A DNA stretch of 64,000 bases from NCBI GenBank assembly GCA_013265495.1, contig MU057701.1:186001-250000 (forward strand). The letters run 5' to 3'. The position numbers were made by a program, and so were the translations under genes. The notes below the pieces were generated by a model. The model did no database searches, was not told the DNA's origin, and saw nothing but the letters and a program-made list of their open reading frames with translations. Position 1 is the first letter of the stretch, and every line of letters begins with the position of its first letter. This DNA comes from Vicugna vicugna (lineage: Eukaryota). Of this stretch, positions 44,941 to 56,872 are shown piece after piece.

Positions 44941-47789
44941 TACTCTCACTTGCTAACGCAAAGCATGCGCTGTGCGGGGGCTACAGGGGAAGGGGGCCCA
45001 CAGTGAGGGGGGGTCTCAGAAGAGGGAGACCCCAGCCCCCAGTCCACACCGCAAGCTGGGAGAAGAGCGTGGCTCCCCGAAGACTCCCTGAGGACATCTC
45101 AGGACACCCAGGCTTCCTTCCAGGGCCGGGATAGTCCAGCCAAGGCCGTGTCACCAGCTCGTCTCGGCCGTGCGGCGGGGGGAGGCCGCCCGGCGCTTGC
45201 TTCCGGCCCGATAACAAGCGCGCATTGACGGCCGGGTTCCCCAGGGCGAGCGCGCTGTTCCCGGCTCGCATCTGAGCCCTCGCCCGAGACATTTTCTCGC
45301 TTCAGCAGTTTGGCATGTCATACAAAGGGGCTCTGATTTTTCCTGATGTCCGACTCCTCTTGCATGAAAAATAGCTTTCGTTATCTTTCTGCCCACGGAC
45401 TCCTGCGTGTGAGTCAAGGCCAGATGCCTGGTGGGTGGAGAGGCCCCGTTTGCTTAACCATTTGGAGGGTCTTCCTTCTTGCACCTTGGCGGCCACTTGG
45501 GGCTGGTGGTCATGGTCCTGGGGTTCCATCTCTCAGGCAGTTGCCTGCTGGTCCCTGGCCTGTCCCCCATCCTCACGCTGGTCAGCTCCTCTTCCAACTT
45601 GGTGGCTTTCGATGTGCCCAAGGGTCCTTGTCTGGGCTCCCTCCACTTCCACTGCCCCCACCAGGACAACGTCCACCTGGTCAACCAGTCGGCCCCCTTC
45701 TATGGGTTCATTTGTTCCTGCCCAGCCCCCATCCTTCCTCCCTCCCCCTCTTCCTTTTCTTTCTTCCTAACTTGTGTTTCTAATTATTCCTCCCCCTTTT
45801 CCTTTCTGGTCTGCCATATTTAAATCACACAAGCCCTGTCTTACTTCCTGTTCAAGGCGGTCTTTTGAAAGTTCTGGAGACATTGAGTAGATAAAAATGT
45901 ATTCTTTTAACTCCCTGATTATTAAGAGGGTTATTAAACATGAGGGGAATTCTATTAAATAGCAAATTGAGTGAATCAAAAACCCACAAATGTGAAACCT
46001 CTAAAGGTCACCTGGTACAGAATAGATGTGAATACCGCTGTGGCTGTTCTATGAGGTCTGAAAAAAATACTGGGAAAAAAATTCAGCAAAAGAAATTTTT
46101 TAAATGATGGTCATGGGAACTCTGAGTGACTTATCGCCTTCTGTCTTTTTCAAATTTTCTATTGTGTTGGGGAGGGAGTGTATATAAACCCGATACTTAA
46201 TTTTAAAAAGCGCCAATCCTCAGGCAGATGAATGGGTCTGTACGTTCATTCAGCATTGATGGTGTCTGTTCTCTTCAATCTTAAACGCATCCAGGAACAC
46301 GTTCCAGGCATCACGCCCAGTCACCTTTTGTCAGTGTTTGATTACAGGCCACCCCTGACTTATAACCAAAGTGATTCCTGGATGAAAGCCTTTTCAAGCT
46401 ATCCACCGTCGAATCTTTATTTCCTGTAAGCACGATTTACACACTGGGTTTCCGTTCCTAGAAATCCATCTCATACAATAAAACTGCCCAAAGTGACCAC
46501 TACAACAAGTGAACAGCAAATAAAACCCAGATATATGCTCTTACAAACTTTTATCACATATGTAAAAGTAAGCACTTAATATAAGAACTCTGCCATGAAA
46601 TCTTCCTTCGGGGGAATCTTTCTGCCTGAACCAGACAGGCCAAGGTTTCTTAAAATATGAATCCAATGAAGTTTGAACAGAAGATGCTTGCTTTTTATTT
46701 TTCCCTGAAAAATCTCCCTGTGGCAAGTTTAAGCATGCTCCGTTGCACCAAAACAAAAAACCTCAAATGCTGTAAGATAAAGTCTTCCTCTGTCTCAGAG
46801 TTTTTCCATCGCCAATTCCATTTGTGTAAATTCTTTAGAAAAGGTCTTTGCCTGGCAAATATTGGAGGAAAGGCGGTGTCAGCTGTGACTTGCACCGCTG
46901 CTGTGAACCATCCCTTGCTCTTTGTCTCGGTGAGTCAGTTGACCCTTCAAATGCCAATCAATGATGAGGAATCAGCTACCAGGGGTCCTTGCTGCCAGGT
47001 GCTCATTAGCGCTGCTTTTAGCCGTTAGCCGCAGTCGTAGTTAAGATAAAAGCGCCAGTGCATGGGTAGAGAGGCATCCACGTCCAGCAGTCTGCGGCTG
47101 AGATGTTCGATACTTGAGCTGGAAAGTTGTTTCCCGAGTCTCATCAAAATCTCCACGCCTCTGATGGCGAGGTCTATTCCTTCTTGTTCAGTTTTTCCCG
47201 GAGCTGAAAACAAAGCACTCATCTTCAGCCTTGAGCGCCCTTCATCTGCTTAGAAGTGGTGTTTATGCCGTCCTTCGGTCTCCCCATCTCTGGAGGGTCG
47301 GGAAGGAAATTTACCTGGTTCTCTTGTTTTTTGTTTTTAAACCTGGGTGCTTTCTCTAGCTCCTTTTTCTGGGTTTCAAGCAACAAGCCTTTGAGGCATG
47401 GCTGCTGGTGCCAAGAGCTCTAGGAGGTGCTGGGGTCCAGAGCTCCGTGGGGGACCCTCCCCTTAATCAGAGGTGGGTTGTCAAGTTGCCCACAAGCAGG
47501 AAGGGGGCCAGGCCAGCCCTGCAAAGCCTAACAGCCCTTGTCCCCCGACCCCCACCCTTACCTGCTTATCCATCCCACACCCTCCTGCTCACTTCTCTGT
47601 GTAGGATCCACAGCACAGATTCTTTTTAAAATCAGAGCAAACATCTGTGAGTGCTCACTGTGTACCGAGCACTATATGTATAATCTCAAGACCTTTCCAT
47701 ATGTCATCCCTGTAACAACTATGATTGAATTCTGTTAATTATCTAGCAGACTATTAGTTAATCAGGCATCTGCATAGAGAGAAAGCTGT

Positions 47790-48030
47790 CGCTTATCTGG
47801 CCTTTACTATGTGCCAGGAACTGTCCCAAACACTTTATAGATAGATAGATTCATGGTTTAGTTTATCCTCAGCCACCCCATAAGGTAGATACTCTCCCTA
47901 CTTCCATTGTATATATGGGGAAGCTGAGGTTCAGAGAGGTTAAACAACTTGCCTGAGACCCCAGAGCAAACACGTGTTGAACTCAGGATTCAGATCCACG
48001 CAATCTAGCTTCAGATTTCATCCTCCTCTT
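47790..48030 (-). mobile_element. MIR SINE
   Basis: TACTATGTGCCAGGAACTGT...GAAGCTGAGGTTCAGAGAGGTTAAACAACTTGCCTGAG. Confidence 0.8.
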
Positions 48031-48824
48031 CACTGAGCCGTGACAGCGATAGCTGTGACATCTGAAATCCTCTCATGTGCAGGCACTTTGCATAGTTCCT
48101 TTCATCCCTACGACACAGCACGGGGAACACTTCCCTCGTGGGAGGCGGGGAGACTGAGGCAGGTGTTCTGGACTGGGACACAGCCAGCATTTGCATCCCG
48201 GGCTCCAACTCTAAAACCCATGGCCAGCTTTGTCTCCAGTCCCATGCTGAAAAGTCTCCTGTGCCTGCTGCATGTCAGGGAAGAGAAGCAGTCTCCCTGA
48301 GGAGGGGCTGTGGAGTGGCTCAGTGTCTCGTAAATATCCCAAGCCTGCCATGGTGACTCTGGGAACCCAGGGGCCACAGCGAAGGCTGCTGATGCTGATG
48401 CTGATGCTGATGGAAGGTGGGAGGAGGAGGGCTGCATGTGAAGACAGAGCAAGACCCATCCCCACAGGTGCAGCTCAGTGGTTGCCAGACGCTGGCTGTG
48501 GGCCAGGCTGGCACGGCAGGCTTCTCGGAAGAGGTGGGCACAGCATCGTGACCAGAACAGCGCACGATGCCGGGCCTCGGGGCTGACTCATGCAGCCTGG
48601 AAAGGAAAGATTCTGCTGTCAGACCGAGGGCGGCTCTTAAGATGGGATGCTCTCAGCAAAGAAGGTGAAAATCATTTTGCTCAAGACAGCTCCTTTAAGG
48701 AGGCAGTAACTGTGCACTTCAAACCCCCGGAACCCACGTTTTGCAGGGGATGCCACCTGCCAGCACGCTTTCACACCCAGATTCCAATTGTTGGCATTCA
48801 CGTGGTGACTCCCGACTCACCAAA

Positions 48825-49072
48825 GGCAGATAGAAAAACAGAGTCTGATCATACTGTATGCTTCCATTCATATCAAGTTGAAATGCAGGCAGAACTAATC
48901 TAGGGTGATGGAAGTCAGCAACGTGGCTCCCTTTGTGGAGGATGGACTGGGAGGGGGCAAGAGGGATGGCAATGGTCTATATCTTGATTTGTGTGATGGT
49001 TACCCAGAGTAGACGTACAACCATCAAACTGCACTCTTAGGATTGCTCTCCCTCAATAAAAATTAAAAACAG
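48825..49072 (+). mobile_element. Old L1M 3' end (duplicated at 50335-50582)
   Basis: ATACTGTATGCTTCCATTCATATCAAGTT...AACTAATCTAGGGTGATGGAAGTCAG...CTCAATAAAAATTAAAAA. Confidence 0.75.
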
Positions 49073-49570
49073 ACAAGTACAGGTCTGGGGTGACAAAGCC
49101 CCCTCAGGTGGCCTGCCACCAGCCCTCACCTGCCCCCATCCATCCCCACCTCCTGGCCTCTGTTTTCTTCAGTTCTCGTCAATCCAGCAAATATTCATCG
49201 GGGGCGTGTGCACTTACCCGTGCTCAGTTCTGAAGATGCGAAGATTCACTTCTTCATTCAGGCATTCATTCAGCAACTGTTTTTGTGCTTGGTCTGCTTG
49301 ACCTGCTAAAGGAAAATGATGTTCCTTTTTTCAGCGAGTTGCGTGATTCAGAGCTGCTCAGAATGACGAGACCTCCCACCTGTATGCGCCTGATGGTCGA
49401 TAGTCGCTCGTGGAACCCGCAGAACCCCTTGGGAGACTGTTCTCTCTCGACTCTGCAACTGTGGTTTTGAAAAACTGTTTGGTACCCTGCCCTCGGAGAC
49501 ATTGCCATCAGTCCTCATCCTGCCCCCTCCCCCAGTTCTCCACCCATACATTCTTTGAGTCTGTGTTAAA

Positions 49571-49709
49571 NNNNNNNNNNNNNNNNNNNNNNNNNNNNNN
49601 NNNNNNNNNNNNNNNNNNNNNNNNNNNNNNNNNNNNNNNNNNNNNNNNNNNNNNNNNNNNNNNNNNNNNNNNNNNNNNNNNNNNNNNNNNNNNNNNNNNN
49701 NNNNNNNNN
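49571..49709. other. Assembly gap (139 N)
   Basis: Run of N. Confidence 1.
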
Positions 49710-51144
49710 GGGCTCCAACTCTAAAACCCATGGCCAGCTTTGTCTCCAGTCCCATGCTGAAAAGTCTCCTGTGCCTGCTGCATGTCAGGGAAGAGAAGCA
49801 GTCTCCCTGAGGAGGGGCTGTGGAGTGGCTCAGTGTCTCGTAAATGTCCCAAGCCTGCCATGGTGACTCTGGGAACCCAGGGGCCACAGCGAAGGCTGCT
49901 GATGCTGATGCTGATGCTGATGGAAGGTGGGAGGAGGAGGGCTGCATGTGAAGACAGAGCAAGACCCATCCCCACAGGTGCAGCTCAGTGGTTGCCAGAC
50001 GCTGGCTGTGGGCCAGGCTGGCACGGCAGGCTTCTCGGAAGAGGTGGGCACAGCATCGTGACCAGAACAGCGCACGATGCCGGGCCTCGGGGCTGACTCA
50101 TGCAGCCTGGAAAGGAAAGATTCTGCTGTCAGACCGAGGGCGGCTCTTAAGATGGGATGCTCTCAGCAAAGAAGGTGAAAATCATTTTGCTCAAGACAGC
50201 TCCTTTAAGGAGGCAGTAACTGTGCACTTCAAACCCCCGGAACCCACGTTTTGCAGGGGATGCCACCTGCCAGCACGCTTTCACACCCAGATTCCAATTG
50301 TTGGCATTCACGTGGTGACTCCCGACTCACCAAAGGCAGATAGAAAAACAGAGTCTGATCATACTGTATGCTTCCATTCATATCAAGTTGAAATGCAGGC
50401 AGAACTAATCTAGGGTGATGGAAGTCAGCAACGTGGCTCCCTTTGTGGAGGATGGACTGGGAGGGGGCAAGAGGGATGGCAATGGTCTATATCTTGATTT
50501 GTGTGATGGTTACCCAGAGTAGACGTACAACCATCAAACTGCACTCTTAGGATTGCTCTCCCTCAATAAAAATTAAAAACAGACAAGTACAGGTCTGGGG
50601 TGACAAAGCCCCCTCAGGTGGCCTGCCACCAGCCCTCACCTGCCCCCATCCATCCCCACCTCCTGGCCTCTGTTTTCTTCAGTTCTCGTCAATCCAGCAA
50701 ATATTCATCGGGGGCGTGTGCACTTACCCGTGCTCAGTTCTGAAGATGCGAAGATTCACTTCTTCATTCAGGCATTCATTCAGCAACTGTTTTTGTGCTT
50801 GGTCTGCTTGACCTGCTAAAGGAAAATGATGTTCCTTTTTTCAGCGAGTTGCGTGATTCAGAGCTGCTCAGAATGACGAGACCTCCCACCTGTATGCGCC
50901 TGATGGTCGATAGTCGCTCGTGGAACCCGCAGAACCCCTTGGGAGACTGCTCTCTCTCGACTCTGCAACTGTGGTTTTGAAAAACTGTTTGGTACCCTGC
51001 CCTGGGAGACATTGCCATCAGTCCTCATCCTGCCCCCTCCCCTAGTTCTCCACCCATACATTCTTTGAGTCTGTGTTAAATTCTAGCCAATACTCATTGA
51101 GAATTGAAAAAACAGCCCCTGGACAGAATCATGGGCATCCAAAA

Positions 51145-52740
51145 GTTCATTCATTCATTCAGCAAACATTTTCTGGGTGCCTGCTACTTACCAAGCAGCA
51201 TTCTAGGTAGTAGGGAAAGTTTTCCCAGCAGTAAATAGAAGAGCGATTCGTGTTAATGACTGTGTTGTCACAGGGGAGACACACAGTAATCAAGAAAAAC
51301 TGGGAGCATCAGGGTGAAGGCTGTGATGATAGAGTGGCTGGAGTGGGCCTCGAAGGGACAGGCCTGAAGGAGGTGAGGAGGTGAGCCCTGCAGAGGTGTC
51401 TGGGACAGTTGGGTCAGGCAGAGGAATAGCAGGTGTCATGGGCCTTCAAGAGCTGAGTGTCTGGAGCAGGGAGCAGAAGATGTGGGTCAGAGAGGGGCCA
51501 CTGGTAAGGACCTAGCCTTTTACTCTGAAGGAGGAGCTGTGGAAGACTTGGAGCAGAGGCCTGACGTGCTTTTACCTGGGTTCCAAAAGGATCCCTCTGG
51601 CTACCATGGTGAATAGGGTAGGGCCTGCCCTTTAATGGTCCCTAAGTGGATGGGGCTCTTCTGGGATCCTTGGTTAAGAGAAGCTTGTCATGCTGTTCTC
51701 CATTCCAGAGAGAAATCACGGAAGGCTTCCTAGAGGTGGTGACATTTGCTCTGTGTCTTGTGGAACATGCAGGAGTCTGCAGGCAGAGGGAGCTGAACGT
51801 GCAGTCACGTCTTCATTCATTCACACATTCATTCACTCATCTGTTCATCCTTATTCATTCCACAGACATTTTATTGAGCACCTTGGTGAAAAATAGAATC
51901 CTGTTCCTCGAAGAAATCAGAAGGGAAACAGCAGGACACCCAAATCCATTATAGTTCCGTGCGGAAATGTGACAGTACACACAGATCCAAGGAGCTGTAG
52001 TCGCACAGAGTGGGGAGAGGGAGGCCATCCGAGGCACGGGGTGTGGGCACAGGAGTCTTTCTAGATGCCAAGTCATCTGAGCCAGTTTTGAAAGATGAGC
52101 ATGAGTTCATTAAGGAACTAGGAAGGAGGCGAGGGTTCCAGGCAGAGCACCAGCACAGGCAAAGGTCTGAAGCGGGCACGTGCTCAGGCGTTCTAGACTT
52201 AGCATGTGCCTGCCGCGTCCCAGGTCCCGAGTGAGCCACTTGGGAGGTATGGGACACAGTCGGTTCTTAAAAGCCGAAGAGATTTGGGTCTGCTGAAACA
52301 AAAAGCCCAGTATAGGAGGAGGCCCAGGAGCCAGCGTCGGGGAGGAATGTGGGGCCGGAAGCTGGCGTCCTTCACACGTGTCAGGAGCCTGCATTCGGAC
52401 CTCCGGGCAAGGAGTGGCTCTGCTCTGAGGGATGGAGTGGAGGGAGCCAGGCTAGAGGCCGGGAGACCTGTGAGGAAAACTCTGGAGGAGTCCAGCCCAG
52501 GGGCGATGAGCCCTGAACGAGGACACTGGAATGGAGCAGAGAGGATGCACGTGAGATCTGTCTTGGAGACGCGGGGAGGAGAGGGGAGACCTCGTCCTGG
52601 GGTGACAGGGTGGATGCTGTGTCACCAAGCAAGACAGGACACTGGGAGGAACAGAGGACTTTATGAGTGGGACTGAAAAGTCCAGCTCCAGGGCAAGAGC
52701 TCAGGGCGTGTCTGGGAAACAGCGGGGCCCTGTACAGCAG
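51145..52740 (-). mobile_element. Cluster of L2 remnants (about 51145-51620 and 51810-52740)
   Basis: TTCATTCATTCATTCAGCAAACATTTTCTGGGTGCCTGCTAC...; a second (TTCA) tail followed by TTTATTGAGCACC. Confidence 0.7.
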
Positions 52741-52789
52741 CTGGTCTATAGAAGACTATACAAGGCTTTCATGTCTGAGCTGATTTCTT

Positions 52790-52930
52790 TGCTATTTAAC
52801 TATCCCCATTTCACAGATGGGAAAACTGAGGCACAGCAAGTTACAGTCACTCTCCCAAGTGGCAGAGCTGGCACTGGGATCTGAACCCAAGCCGTCTGGC
52901 TCCCAAGGCCAAGCTGCAGACCAACACACT
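52790..52930 (-). mobile_element. MIR SINE
   Basis: TATCCCCATTTCACAGATGGGAAAACTGAGGCACAG...AAGTGGCAGAGCTGG. Confidence 0.8.
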
Positions 52931-53339
52931 GCAAGGCAACCCTGGGGGGGGCCCTACCCCCTGGATGCAGGTGGAAACTTCTTTGGGGCAGTGAGTGGAG
53001 CCACGCAGGCTGGAAGCTGTTTCTCAGCAGCATATGGGGTAGCTCTGCACCCCAGGACCCCCCAGGTGTGACCATGAAGAAACAGCTTCTTACTGAGGTC
53101 TCCTCAGCTGTGTCTCCTGGAAGGACTGTGCACGCCAGTGGGCCTCCCCACGCAGGTCACGTCTCCATCCCGCAGTGCTCGCTAGGAGAGAGTGACCGCT
53201 TATGGTCTAGCGGCCCTAGCTATCAACACTCCAGAACTAAGCCCTGGAGGACCCGGAGCACAGTGACAGGAAACGCTCCAGCGTGAATGAGCCTTGTAAA
53301 CATTACCCTACGTGGAAGAAGTCACACACAAACGCAAGG

Positions 53340-53753
53340 ACAGCTGTAACAAAGGGCCACCAGCTGGTGGCTTGAGCCACAGAAATGTATTGTCTCCCAG
53401 CTCCGGAGGCCAGAAGCCCCAAATCAGGGTGTCAGTAGGGTTGGCTCCTTCCCAGGGCTGTAGGGGAGAATCTCTCTGTGTCTCTCCCCGACATGCTGGT
53501 GGCTGCTGGGGGTCTTTGTTTTTTCTTGGCTTTTTGGTCTCTGCCTTCATCTTCACAGGGTGCTCACCCTGTGTGCGTTGTGAAATTTTCCCTTCTTATA
53601 AAGACATCGATCATATTGGATTAGGGCCCATCCTAAGGGCCTTAACTATCTCTGCAATGACCCTATGTCCAGATAAGGCCACATTCTGAGGTACTGGGAG
53701 TTGGGACTTCAACATCTGAATTTGGCAGAAAGGGGACACAATCCAACGCTTAC
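53340..53753 (-). mobile_element. MLT1B/C-type MaLR LTR nested in an L1MB fragment (L1 parts about 53260-53335 and 53755-53920, +)
   Basis: GCTGTAACAAA...CAGAAATGTATTGTCTCCCAG...ATTGGATTAGGGCCCA...CACATTCTGAGGTACTGGG; flanked by L1 sequence TTAGTGGTTGCCAGGGGCTGGG...TAATGGGTACAGGGTTTC. Confidence 0.8.
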
Positions 53754-54209
53754 CTGCCACATACTGTGTTATTCCTTTTATACAACATACCCAACGTCTT
53801 CATAGAAACAGAAGGCATATTAGTGGTTGCCAGGGGCTGGGAGGAGAGAGGAATGGGAGTAACTACTTAATGGGTACAGGGTTTCCCTTTGGTGGGGGTG
53901 GACATGTCCTGGAACTAGGAAATGCGGGCTTAGAAAGATAGGTAACTTGCCTGCGTACAGACGGCCGCTAAATGGGCAAGATGAGGTTTGCCCCAAAGCT
54001 TGTGTTCTTTCCATTACAACTGGGTTCAAATGGGAGTTTCTTTTCAGACAAGTTATTTAAATTCTCTCAGCCTCATTTTCCTCATCTACAAAATGGAGTC
54101 CATATATCAACATCATCCTCCATCCATGTGAAAATTCAAGGAGATAATAATGCGTGTAGGAGTCACTGGTATGTTCTAAGTGCTTAGTAAATGGCCGTTA
54201 CTATTCCTT

Positions 54210-54640
54210 TATCAGCCAGGGGCCATCCAGGAAAACAGAGGCCACTCTGTGTCTTTAGACAGAGGAAATTTAATAGAGGGAGCTGATGCCGCAGGTGATG
54301 GAAGAGCTAAGATGCCTAATACCGGTACCGTGGGACACCTGCCATCCCTACACTGGAGAGAAAGCAAGAGGAGGTGGTTTCACCAGTGTCCAGAGGCCAG
54401 GCCATCAGCAGGTGTTTAGATCACAGAGGAAGATGAGACCACAGAGAGAGGGACTTCCCAGAAGGAACTGGGCCCCCAGAAGAGATGCTGCAGCTGCCGC
54501 AAACACCACCCAAAGAAGAGGAGGAAATTATGTTGACTTCTCCTTACCTTCTGCCCTCTCATGTTCCAGAGCCTCTGGTTGGCCACACCCTGAAGTCAAA
54601 GGGCAAGGGAGCCTGGGGAGTGTAGTTCCCTGGGATTCAG
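54210..54640. mobile_element. Old ERV-type LTR remnant (same family as 14400-14780)
   Basis: CAGGAAAACAGAGGCCACTCT...ACAGAGGAAATTTAATAGAGGGA...CAGGTGATGGAAGAGCT. Confidence 0.5.
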
Positions 54641-55571
54641 GGACTCTCAGGCACCCCTGTGGATGGTGAGCAGTGTCTACCGTTGGTCTGCGTGTGCAGG
54701 TTCGTGTACGGCAGCGGCGTGCTGAGATGAGCCACGCCCCTGGCGTGTGCACGCCACAGCTCTGCAGCGAGGGAGGAAGCAGAGTTGTAGTACATGCGTG
54801 CATCTGCCCTGTGATCGCACCACTCCTGTGTGTGCATAGGGCATGTGCAACTGCACACAGTAGGGCCACAGAGCCACTGGCCCAACAGGACACAGCCTGA
54901 CCACATGGGTCCCCGTGTGCCGGTGCCTGAACTGTGTGACAGTGTCTGGAAGGCATCTGCCTGCAGCCCGCCCTGTACCGTGGCCGCGGTGGGAGCACCA
55001 GGCTGGGGCACAAGCATCAAGGCTCAGAGCGCTCTCCTCCGCTGTGCCCCGCGGCTCGGCCAATCTGGCCATCTGAGCCGCTGGACAGATCCATCTTGCT
55101 CCTGCACACTGCCCTCTGCGCGACAGAGGACAGGGGAGCCGGGGAAAGAGGAGGCGGCCACCGGAATCTGCAGCACCAGCTTTTATTTGAAGTGAGGAGG
55201 CCGCTTTTCTGGTGTCCTTAGAAATCCAGCTCCGTCAGTGGAGATTTTGCCCTGTCTGCCTGTTGCCTGCAGGTCGGCCGGGCCCCCTGCAGGGCCTGCC
55301 GCCCATCGTCTCTCTGATTCATTTGGCCCCTGCCTCTCCCATCGCTCGGACCGCACCGAACAGCTCACGGTCCCCACTGCACTTCAGAGGGTCCCCAGGG
55401 ATTTGAAGCTTCTCACCTCTCTTGGGACAGAACTTTCAAGAAAGTTCTGGGTAGAGGCTTCCCATTTCGGGTTCTGTCCTGGATAAAGCGTTGAAAAAGC
55501 AGGAGAGTTAGATGAGGAGGAAAAAGGAGGAAGCTGAGGGCTTTTTACTCCCAACATCTTTAGCACTGGGG

Positions 55572-56017
55572 TGTGATGTGAGTTGAATTGTGTCCCCAAA
55601 AAGGTTGAAGTCCTAACCCCGGTACCTGTAAACGAGACCTTATTTGGCCGTCGGGTCCTTCAGATGTGATCAAGTTGAGATCATACTCAATCAGGATGGG
55701 CCTTAATCCCAATAGACTGGGTCCTTAGAAGAAGTGGAGAGACACACACAGGGAGAAGGCCACGTGAAGACAGAAGCAGAGATCCGAGTGGTATAGCTAC
55801 CAGCCAGGGAACACCAAAGACGGCTGGCAAGGACCAGAAGCTAAAGAAAGGCACGGGACGGATTCTTCCCTGGACCTTTCAGAGAGGGCAGGGCCCTGTC
55901 AACACTTTGATCTTGGATTTCTAGCCTCCAGAAGGGGAAGAGAATACATTTCTGTTGTTTTAAGCCATCCTGGTTTGTTGGTGTTTTGTTACGGCAGGAC
56001 TGACGGAAATTCATTCA
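55572..56017 (+). mobile_element. MLT1B/C-type MaLR solo LTR
   Basis: GTTGAATTGTGTCCCCAAAAAGGTTGAAGTCCTAACCCC...GAAGGCCACGTGAAGACAGA...TTTCTGTTGTTTTAAGCCA. Confidence 0.88.
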
Positions 56018-56364
56018 ACTCTGCGAATAACCACCCAATCAGCCAGCCTCCTGAATTGTTGCCCGTGTCCCCCTCCGAGAGGGGGTAACCTCAAAGAAAA
56101 GAAAGTCAGTTTTGTTAGCAACTGTGTGTTAAGAGCTCACTCCGTAGGCTGAGAAGAAAGACACATCATCTCATTTAATCCTCCCACCAACCCTCTGCTG
56201 TAGGGACCGGTCTTATCCCCATTTACAATCGAGGCAACCGAGTCTCAGAGAGATGAAACAATTTTCCTGAGGCAACGTGAATATTTTTCTTTCTTTCTGG
56301 ATCCAGGGCTGTTTTCAAGGCTGGATTGGGGCTGCTGAAGGCAAAAACGGGCTTGTTTGGATGA

Positions 56365-56872
56365 GAAATATATTTGTTTTTGATGCTTCTTAACAAATTA
56401 CTGCAAGCTCCGTGCCTTAAAACGACAGATCGAGGATCTCACAGCTGCTGTGGGTTGCGAGTCCAGGCCAGCTTAGCTGGCGCCTCTACTCAGGTCTCCC
56501 AAGGTTGTAATCAAGGTGTCTGTGGGCTGCGTTCCTTTCTGGGCTTGGGGTCCTCTCCCATGCTCCCTGGTTGTTGGCAGAATTTGTTTCTTGTGGCTGT
56601 AGGACCGAGGCCCCGTTCTCTTGCCAGCCATCAGCCAGGGGCCTCTCAGTTCCTGGGGGCGCCCACGGAAACTTGCCACACGGCCCCACCGGCTGTTCAC
56701 GACATGGCAGTATGCTTTCTTCCAGACCGGCAGGAGTGTCGCTCTAACTGCTCCCCCTCCAGCCCGCCACGGTGGAGCCTTATATAACATGACCTAATCA
56801 CCCCTTTCACACTCAAGGCGAGCTCACCAAGGGGTATGGATTCTGGGAACTATGTTAGGATTCTGCCAACCA
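56365..56872 (-). mobile_element. MLT1E/F-type MaLR LTR
   Basis: TAACAAATTAC...CTTAAAAC...TCTCACAG...GTTGTTGGCAGAATTTGTTTCTTGTGGCTGTAGGACCGAGG...TTAGGATTCTGCCAACCA. Confidence 0.75.

Larger units (their letters stand above)
48200..51080 (+). repeat. 1371-bp near-identical direct duplication (48200-49570 / 49710-51080) flanking the N gap; probable assembly artefact
   Basis: Offset of exactly 1510 bp, about 4 substitutions, and both copies end precisely at the gap edges. Confidence 0.95.

Noticed and set aside
48211..51018. Pairs of identical ORFs suggesting duplicated genes
   Set aside because: Produced by the gap-flanking duplication; no recognisable protein, and the LMLMLM/ISISIS runs come from a (GCTGAT)4 microrepeat.
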